DNA of 32,000 bases from Candidatus Methanoperedens sp. (GTDB lineage Archaea; Halobacteriota; Methanosarcinia; Methanosarcinales; Methanoperedenaceae). Location: positions 1 to 32,000 of the forward strand of contig JAGFND010000007.1 in the NCBI GenBank assembly GCA_021409285.1, read 5' to 3'. Below are positions 25,924-32,000 of this stretch, one piece after another. Below the pieces are notes generated by a model. The model was not told where the DNA came from, ran no database searches, and saw nothing but the letters and a program-made list of their open reading frames with translations. How positions within the stretch are numbered: the first letter of the stretch is position 1; each line of letters begins with the position of its first letter. A program made the translations under genes and the position numbers.

Positions 25924-27366
25924 TCAATTCAATCGAATGACCACTTCACACAATTTATCCCCGTGAGAGATCAATTTATTGATCTCCAATTGCGCCATAT
26001 TACCGAATGCATAATTCAAAGCTCCTTTGAAAGCTTCTCTTGATGTTTGACAAATACATTTGTCAAATTTGTTCCCGTCAGTGGCTATATGGCATTTCCT
26101 CACAGTATATAGCAGATTTTTTCCCTCTAATTTCCATTCACTTTCGGTATGGATTCTTGAATTTATAATCTCAAAAACAGTTTTAAATGTTTCCAGATCC
26201 CAGTTCTTGATTCCATTTTCCTTTTCATATTCATGCATTAACGATGTTCCGATCTTTCGCCCCAAAGCTGTAAAAGATAATGTAATATCAGGAATGTTCT
26301 TTAATCCTTCTAAGAATGTCATGAACATCAGCAATTCCTGGTCGAAACTGGTTTTGCTCACTATTAGATTATCAACAATTTCATTGACTTTTATGCCTAC
26401 ATCGGGTCTGTGGGTCAATACGATCATATTTGCTGTTGTTTTTGGATCGAACAAATGGCCATTTGCCTCCAAGAGCAAGACAAGTGTTTTTTTTATCTTT
26501 TCAATTGCTTCATTAGACCTGTAACTGTGAAAAATAATTAAATTATCATTATCGATATCCACCTTGTCAATTACCCTGGAGGTTTCATAAACCTCTTTTA
26601 TCAATGAAAGCATCTCTTTTAATGGTATCTCCTGTATTGGTTTTTTTGCCAGGTTTTCTATACTTATTTCACCTAGCGGTATATTATTGGAAAGCAGATC
26701 TTCAAAAAAATTCCTGTGAACAGTGACCATATTATAATTACTTAAAAGGTGTCTTTTTACTATTGCCTTCCAGAAATCAGGGCGGCTCTTTATTCCTCTT
26801 ATCACTTCATCCATTCCCCCAAAAAAAGTAAGCAGGCTGTTTACGGCCTCTTTTTTAGTAGATCTGGCCAGTTCAACTTTGATACATTCATTAAAATTAA
26901 AAACAGACATTATCTCAAGGGGGATTTTTTCAAGAGAATTTTTCACCAAATATTGTGACAATATGCGAGCAACAGTCCGTATCTTTTTAAATTCCCCCCT
27001 TATTTCCAATAACATTCCTGAGGGAAATGTATCATTATCATATTTAAATTCAATATTAATATTCCATTCAAGATCCCTGAATCTGCAGTTAAGACAATTT
27101 TCCAGTTTCCTTATCGAATTGATCAACATCGGGTCTATTAATTCATCCAGTACGTTGTCTGGAATAAGGGTACCTTCGACCTCTGTTAACATCCAATTAA
27201 AAAGGGAATTATCTATTGCCGAAGAATTATCCGGGAAAAAGGATTTCCCGTTACGATCTATTATCTCTCTGATTGCTGCGCTGAAGTTTCCATTATGCTT
27301 CTCAAGTTGAGGTTTTAATTTCTCAACACAATCTTTGTCGATTGATATATGCTTTGTTACGATCAT
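25924..27366 (-). CDS. Hypothetical 480-aa protein: N-terminal ribbon-helix-helix-like segment, unknown central region, C-terminal V4R-like domain
   Basis: The N-terminus MIVTKHISIDKDCVEKLKPQLEKHNGNFSAAIREIIDR fits a strand-helix-loop-helix RHH pattern. The C-terminus ...YTVRKCHIATDGNKFDKCICQTSREAFKGALNYAFG...ISHGDKLCEVVIRLN resembles V4R (4-vinyl reductase) small-molecule-binding domains. The gene is visibly AT-rich. Confidence 0.5.
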   Translation of the reverse strand: MIVTKHISIDKDCVEKLKPQLEKHNGNFSAAIREIIDRNGKSFFPDNSSAIDNSLFNWMLTEVEGTLIPDNVLDELIDPMLINSIRKLENCLNCRFRDLEWNINIEFKYDNDTFPSGMLLEIRGEFKKIRTVARILSQYLVKNSLEKIPLEIMSVFNFNECIKVELARSTKKEAVNSLLTFFGGMDEVIRGIKSRPDFWKAIVKRHLLSNYNMVTVHRNFFEDLLSNNIPLGEISIENLAKKPIQEIPLKEMLSLIKEVYETSRVIDKVDIDNDNLIIFHSYRSNEAIEKIKKTLVLLLEANGHLFDPKTTANMIVLTHRPDVGIKVNEIVDNLIVSKTSFDQELLMFMTFLEGLKNIPDITLSFTALGRKIGTSLMHEYEKENGIKNWDLETFKTVFEIINSRIHTESEWKLEGKNLLYTVRKCHIATDGNKFDKCICQTSREAFKGALNYAFGNMAQLEINKLISHGDKLCEVVIRLN

Positions 27367-27556
27367 GATTTTAACCTGATCCAGACTAATACATTTCTCT
27401 TATCCATCCCGTTTTAATCATTTTAAATGTTTTCCCGATCCTTACTATTTTACATTCCTTTTTAAACATAAATATTTTGCTATCGAAAAAATATATTTTC
27501 ACGAAAAAAAGGCAAGTTATATATTCAACGATGCATATTCACATTAGATAACGGAA

Positions 27557-27817
27557 ATGACGGAAGAAAGATTAAAACTGGGATTGATGGGTTTGGCAGG
27601 CATTATCGTTTTAATGTATTTATCGATCTCAACAACGTTTATGATCCTGTTTCTTGGATTTCTATTATTCTTTCCAGCGCTGGTCATTGCATCAGTACTA
27701 AAGGAAGGTGTCCAGATAATTACTCAGCAATTGCATGATATACCTGTTTCAGGCAAAAATTTCTTTTTGATCTCCATTTCAAAAGAGAATATTATTCTTG
27801 AACCACAATTCAGATAG
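27557..27817 (+). CDS. Small membrane protein (86 aa, two predicted TM helices)
   Basis: Hydrophobic segments LGLMGLAGIIVLMYLSI and FMILFLGFLLFFPALVIASVL. It is divergent from the RHH/V4R gene, and TTATATAT lies upstream at ~27518-27525. Confidence 0.45.
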   Translation: MTEERLKLGLMGLAGIIVLMYLSISTTFMILFLGFLLFFPALVIASVLKEGVQIITQQLHDIPVSGKNFFLISISKENIILEPQFR

Positions 27818-27845
27818 ATCACTCTTTGCAGGCAGGATAACGTAA

Positions 27846-28424
27846 ATGAATTCACTTGCAATAGTCAGGGCAACAGACATACTGAAACTCAAAACAACAC
27901 TAAATGAAATGAAGCAGGCAGGCTTGCTCTTTGAGGGACATCCAAAGGAAATAAATCCGGGCTCTATAGAAAAGGCACTGTCGAATGATTCTGGAATATC
28001 AAACAGTATCTATGAGGTGTGTGCCCTGGTTCCGATCAACCAGGATTTCCAGTCGTTCCAGGACAAAATTGAAGCGATCTCACGTCACTCAAATGTGAAA
28101 ATTCTTGATCCAACACATTCACTTTATAATAATCTTGCTAATATGATCCCTATCCTACCTGACCTTGTCATTCCGAACATGGCTTTTCAAGAACAGAGTA
28201 AACAAACGAATTTTAAAAAAAACAGACCATCATCAGTCTATCTTGGTGTTTTTGTTAACCGTCAGGTAAAAGTCGAAACAGGTTCCGGAGTGATCTACGA
28301 AGGCGTCCTCAAACATGCTGATTCAATAGGTGCATTATTGGAGCCAGTTGATGACTCTTCACCCCTTTTTATAACATGGCATGATATCAAAAAGATAATA
28401 ATTCCAAAAGAAAAAAAGAAATAA
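27846..28424 (+). CDS. Hypothetical 192-aa protein with a possible C-terminal Sm-like fold
   Basis: The C-terminal VKVETGSGVIYEGVLKHADSIGALLE...LFITWHDIKKIIIP fits Sm1 spacing (G-x4-G-x-L-x3-D) and Sm2 (hydrophobic I/V run). This is motif-level only. Confidence 0.4.
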   Translation: MNSLAIVRATDILKLKTTLNEMKQAGLLFEGHPKEINPGSIEKALSNDSGISNSIYEVCALVPINQDFQSFQDKIEAISRHSNVKILDPTHSLYNNLANMIPILPDLVIPNMAFQEQSKQTNFKKNRPSSVYLGVFVNRQVKVETGSGVIYEGVLKHADSIGALLEPVDDSSPLFITWHDIKKIIIPKEKKK

Positions 28425-28431
28425 TAAGTCT

Positions 28432-29013
28432 CTATTTTTTGCATATTATTATGCAATACATATCAGATCCGGCAGTCGGTGGTTCAATTGTTGTTCCTTT
28501 TGCTATTCTTTCATCAGGATAGGAAAGGCGTTCACAGACCCATATAATCCTGAATAATCCATGAGATCTTAGAAAATCCGAAACCTCATTTACCCCAAAT
28601 GTCATATAAGGAAGAATAAATATGTTCTTGCTGGTCTTAAGTTCCAGTATGAGGCGGGTTTTTACGACCTCGATATTTCCCGAATGTGCTGACAATAAGC
28701 AGAACGATTCAATATCAAGATGTAATCGCGAGCAAGCAAGCTGAAAAGAAGATATTCCCGGGATTATCGTATCCTCTTTTTTTGCGAATTTCCCGAGACC
28801 TGAAAACATAGGGTCACCGGTTGAAAGGATGACAGCGTCTTCCGGGATCGATCTCATGGAATAATCTGTGATCTCACGAGTTTCACAATTTATATGCTCT
28901 TTTGCAAGTTCCAATGCCCTTTTCGATCCGAAGATCATTTTTGCGCCCTTTATTGCAGATATTGCTTCCCCTGTTATGAAATTCGGACCTGCGCCCACAC
29001 CGACTATTTTCAT
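28432..29013 (-). CDS. cbiE: Cobalt-precorrin-7 (C5)-methyltransferase CbiE
   Basis: A tetrapyrrole-methylase N-terminus MKIVGVGAGPNFITGEAISAIKGAKMIFGSKRALELA and a size of ~190 aa. It overlaps the cbiD stop by 1 nt. Confidence 0.8.
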   Translation of the reverse strand: MKIVGVGAGPNFITGEAISAIKGAKMIFGSKRALELAKEHINCETREITDYSMRSIPEDAVILSTGDPMFSGLGKFAKKEDTIIPGISSFQLACSRLHLDIESFCLLSAHSGNIEVVKTRLILELKTSKNIFILPYMTFGVNEVSDFLRSHGLFRIIWVCERLSYPDERIAKGTTIEPPTAGSDMYCIIICKK

Positions 29014-30014
29014 TATGGTTCACCACTGTCCCGCAGTATTGTTCCATCCCTGTTAAAAAGAACTACCCGTTTTCCTGAAGAGCGAACTGCCTGAAAATGA
29101 GCCACATCTATGAGTGAATTTCCCGGATCAGCTTCTATTAATTCCATAAATGTGAGATGATCGTTTCTTCTTAAGATGTCAGAGGCTGCCCATTTCAGTA
29201 TCAATCCTGGAAGGCCGGCAATTATTACTTTCTTATTTTCCCTGGCGGCCAAAAGACCGCGGGAAATGTCACTTCCTATAAGTATGACATCATGATCCGG
29301 GAAGAACATATTTGAAAAACACACACCAAGCCGTCCGGTTGTGAGGACTACCACCTTATCACTTTTTCTGATAAGTTCTTCTTTCATCTCTCCAAGATGC
29401 TCATTCCACGGTTCAACAAAACCTGTTGTCCCGAGAATTGAAATTCCTCCTGTTATTCCTGTTCTTTCATTTAATGTGAGTTTTGCTATATTTTTCCCAT
29501 CAGGTATGGTAATATTAACATGAGAGCCTTTTAGACCTGTTTCAACAAGTGCTTCTTTTATTGCCTCTTCTATCTGGTATAAAGGTATCGGGTTTATTGC
29601 CGGAGCACCTTTTTTTCTCCCGATACCCTGACCCGCTTCTATTACGATCGAGCCGTATTCTTTTGCACAGGCTTTTATCTCAATGCCGGCCGTTGCATCA
29701 AACCCATGGTCGCCCGCATCTTTTTTTGCACATGCTTTCCCATTTTTTGCAGAAATTGGAATATCCACGCGAATGCCTATCGGTGTGAGAACAGATATTT
29801 CTGATACCTCTTTTGTCAGCGATAATACTGAAGCTTTTGCCACTGCTGCCGCGGTTGTTCCTGTTGTATATCCCCGTTTTATGAACGAACCATCCGATAG
29901 GAGGATATAACGTCCGCTTGAGATACGGGCTTTAAGTTCTTCTAAAGTCATATTTGTGCGCTTTGCCCATTCATCAGGTATTTGAAAATTGCTTACTGGA
30001 TCGATCATCTTCAT
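29013..30014 (-). CDS. cbiD: Cobalt-precorrin-5B (C1)-methyltransferase CbiD
   Basis: The blocks RGYTTGTTAAAVAKAS, GDHGFDATAG and ILGTTGFVEPWN are characteristic of CbiD. Confidence 0.9.
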   Translation of the reverse strand: MKMIDPVSNFQIPDEWAKRTNMTLEELKARISSGRYILLSDGSFIKRGYTTGTTAAAVAKASVLSLTKEVSEISVLTPIGIRVDIPISAKNGKACAKKDAGDHGFDATAGIEIKACAKEYGSIVIEAGQGIGRKKGAPAINPIPLYQIEEAIKEALVETGLKGSHVNITIPDGKNIAKLTLNERTGITGGISILGTTGFVEPWNEHLGEMKEELIRKSDKVVVLTTGRLGVCFSNMFFPDHDVILIGSDISRGLLAARENKKVIIAGLPGLILKWAASDILRRNDHLTFMELIEADPGNSLIDVAHFQAVRSSGKRVVLFNRDGTILRDSGEP

Positions 30015-30081
30015 TTATTTTTTATCTCATCATCTCAAACTATATAAGATTAACAATTGATTAAAGTGCTGAGGTACAGTT

Positions 30082-30786
30082 ATGAGACCATCTCTACTCC
30101 ATGTTATTTTACTTTCAATTCTTGTTGCAGGATGCATTGAACCAGGGCTTGAAACAGGAGATCCGGCGAAATATGAATTGCCAGGTCTTTATAATACTAC
30201 CATATATTTCCTGAACGATTCTTCAGTCCAGGTTGTGGAAAATGTCATCAATTCGACGTCAGTAATGATAAATCTTGGTGACTCCGGCAGCATGGCTATC
30301 AGAGATCCAGTTGCTGTGGATTATTCAGGGAACAAAGTGGATTTCAATGTTTCCAGAGAGGCTATTTTCGGAAAAACTTTTATGAAATTCGGTTTCAATA
30401 CCTCATTTTCCGGTTATGTTGCCTTTACGCAATCCAATGATGGGGAGTTCAACCGCCAGGTGACAAGAAATGGAAGTATTCGAGTGGTTTTGCCTGTGAA
30501 TTTCACAACAGGATCAAAATTCCTCGGGATAGCTCTTCCAGAGCCTGATAATATCAGTTTCGATACTTCGGGCAGGGAAGTGCTAATATGGAATGATACA
30601 TATCCAAAGTACAATTCAATTTCAGTAAAGTATTATCATAAGAGCTCGCCTTCGATGCTGTTCGGTTTCATGATCCTCCTTCTTGGCGCCGTCTTGATCG
30701 TCTCTTGTTATTATTATTTCAGCATCAGGGCATTGCGGAAAAAGCGGGAACTGATGGAAAAGGGCATAAAGAAGCAGCAGGATTAA
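30082..30786 (+). CDS. Lipobox-bearing extracytoplasmic protein with a C-terminal TM anchor, function unknown
   Basis: N-terminus MRPSLLHVILLSILVAGC (lipobox-like LVAGC). There are several N-x-S/T sequons. The C-terminal helix MLFGFMILLLGAVLIVSCYYYF is followed by a basic tail. Confidence 0.55.
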   Translation: MRPSLLHVILLSILVAGCIEPGLETGDPAKYELPGLYNTTIYFLNDSSVQVVENVINSTSVMINLGDSGSMAIRDPVAVDYSGNKVDFNVSREAIFGKTFMKFGFNTSFSGYVAFTQSNDGEFNRQVTRNGSIRVVLPVNFTTGSKFLGIALPEPDNISFDTSGREVLIWNDTYPKYNSISVKYYHKSSPSMLFGFMILLLGAVLIVSCYYYFSIRALRKKRELMEKGIKKQQD

Positions 30787-30791
30787 TTTTT

Positions 30792-31757
30792 ATGGCCAAA
30801 GTTAATGCGACCGGAAGTCCAGGTGTTTTTGAAAGTAAAAGTATTGGCGATCTTGAAGAGCGGGTTCTCCAGACACTGCATCTTGCTGACAGGCGGGGTT
30901 ACGGTCTCACTCTTTCAAATATCTCAAAGATGCTTTTCCACGGGGCTATGGATGAGGATGCAGTGAGCTGCGAACTTGATTCCATGCAAAGTGTATCACA
31001 CAGCTTTGGCATCTATTGCCTGAAAGGAAGTGAAAGTCTTCTCCCCGTGACCCGGGAGAAGCTTTTATGTAATGAGATGATCGCAAAGAAATATGAAGCG
31101 CTTGCGAAGGATTTTGTCTCTGAATACGCTTCGTTCAGCCCTTTTATCAGGTTCATAGCGATCGCAGGTTCTATGGCTTCGGGCGGCTTCAGTGAAGATG
31201 ACGACATAGATTTTAACATCATTGTAGAGAAGGGGTGTAAATATACGGTATATCTTTCCGGAATTCTTCTTTCTATCAAATATTCAATTCGCCACAGGAA
31301 AAAACCACTTGCCAGGAAATCAGCCACTCCATTTCTGTCAAAGCTTATTTGCATCAACGTGATATGGGAGGATTGGGAGTCACTTCCGTTCTGGAGGCAG
31401 GACAAGTATATGGCATATGAACTCCTGAACCAGAAACCTGTGTTCGGGCTCAGGTTCTACAGGACTGTTATCCAGAGTAATCAGTGGCTTGAAACCTATT
31501 TTCCCCAGATATATGACACGCACGAAATACCCGCAAGAATAACACCCGTACCAACATCTTTGGCCGGAAGGCTTATGCGTCTTTTTTATTCAAATCGCAC
31601 AGCATCCAGCTTTGGGGAGATGGTTTGCAGGAAAGTATCCTACGTACTCTGGAGAATTGTTCAGTTCTCCCGCAGGAATAATCCAGATGCATTGGCAAGG
31701 GTAAGATTGGTGAACGAAATGCAGAAGCCTTATTCATTGTTTGGTGACAGGGTATGA
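30792..31757 (+). CDS. Putative wHTH + nucleotidyltransferase-fold protein
   Basis: The block IAIAGSMASGGFSEDDDIDFNII fits the Pol-beta-type NTase motif (GS-x-a-x-G-x(n)-D-x-D). The N-terminal LEERVLQTLHLADRRGYGLTLSNISKML looks wHTH-like. I chose the ATG at 30792, because the track ORF from 30705 overlaps the previous gene. The stop overlaps the next ATG (ATGA). Confidence 0.45.
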   Translation: MAKVNATGSPGVFESKSIGDLEERVLQTLHLADRRGYGLTLSNISKMLFHGAMDEDAVSCELDSMQSVSHSFGIYCLKGSESLLPVTREKLLCNEMIAKKYEALAKDFVSEYASFSPFIRFIAIAGSMASGGFSEDDDIDFNIIVEKGCKYTVYLSGILLSIKYSIRHRKKPLARKSATPFLSKLICINVIWEDWESLPFWRQDKYMAYELLNQKPVFGLRFYRTVIQSNQWLETYFPQIYDTHEIPARITPVPTSLAGRLMRLFYSNRTASSFGEMVCRKVSYVLWRIVQFSRRNNPDALARVRLVNEMQKPYSLFGDRV

Positions 31758-32000
31758 ACCTTCGGATACTTCTTATTTCAGCCTATATCATTATATTAAT
31801 TTTTTTATTTATCTACGGGAATAACTGTCTGCTGCTGGCATTCCTTCACAGGAACAAGAAAAAAGAAAAAACTCCTGATCCGGGCCAGTATCCCATGGTG
31901 ACGATACAGCTTCCGGCATATAATGAATTATACGTTGTAGAGCGACTGATACGGAAAGTTGCCGGGATTGACTATCCAAAAGACCGATTCGAGATACAGG
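31754..32000 (+). CDS. Family 2 glycosyltransferase, N-terminal part (runs off the right edge)
   Basis: An N-terminal TM helix is followed by YPMVTIQLPAYNELYVVERLIRKVAGIDYPKDRFEIQ. The QLPxYNE...DYP block is typical of GT2 enzymes such as cellulose-synthase-like proteins. Confidence 0.7.
   Translation, partial: MNLRILLISAYIIILIFLFIYGNNCLLLAFLHRNKKKEKTPDPGQYPMVTIQLPAYNELYVVERLIRKVAGIDYPKDRFEIQ

Noticed and set aside
30705-30791. 82-nt overlap between the 30082-30786 ORF and the 350-aa track ORF; considered as a frameshift or fusion
   Set aside because: An in-frame ATG at 30792, just after the upstream stop, gives a sensible start. There is no slippery sequence and no evidence for a fusion.
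1-32000. Search for tRNA/rRNA genes, Borg-style perfect tandem repeats, and in-frame TAG/TGA recoding (pyrrolysine/selenocysteine)
   Set aside because: I saw no cloverleaf-like GTTCGAATC-type T-arm contexts, no multi-copy perfect tandem repeats, and no well-supported gene interrupted by a single in-frame stop. The only interrupted frame is the regulator remnant at 15730-15847. Visual inspection is not exhaustive, so tRNAscan-SE, Infernal and TRF should confirm this.

Overview
This window appears to be archaeal chromosome. The evidence is a thermosome, TFS, a DRG GTPase, deoxyhypusine synthase, an MtrD-family protein, TATA-type promoters and oligo-T terminators. An Mtr-family membrane protein together with a multihaem cytochrome c / cytochrome b pair suggests a Methanosarcinales, ANME-2 or Methanoperedens-like host; that is inference only. 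Most of the window is tightly packed housekeeping: a PfkB kinase with a TreS-maltokinase fusion, thermosome, a three-gene ABC-2 exporter operon, an M20 peptidase, DRG-Nudix-TFS, deoxyhypusine synthase, aroE-tyrA, cbiD-cbiE, and a glycosyltransferase cluster at the right edge. The unusual part is about 13.2-20.2 kb. It begins with a 7-haem cytochrome c plus cytochrome b pair and a membrane-anchored wHTH regulator. Next, a regulator/promoter cassette has been duplicated, with the second regulator copy decayed. The retained second promoter drives an operon in which an orphan MtrD paralogue sits with micro-ORFs, a DUF1646-like polytopic transporter and a zinc-ribbon peptide, not with mtrE/C/B/A. 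After that, a second, unrelated ~105-nt element (TATA box plus conserved long-range stem) occurs twice, in front of a tandem-USP gene and a DUF1614-like membrane gene. I consider this MtrD-like/DUF1646-like cluster and its repeated control elements the best candidate for an undescribed, probably cation/Na+-related, membrane system. Other items are an RHH...V4R 480-aa protein, a secreted SGNH/PKD hydrolase wedged behind aroE-tyrA, a possible Sm-like protein, and a wHTH-nucleotidyltransferase-like protein coupled to a GT2 gene. I saw no rRNA, tRNA, CRISPR array or intact mobile element. All family assignments rest on motif recognition by eye, with no searches run.
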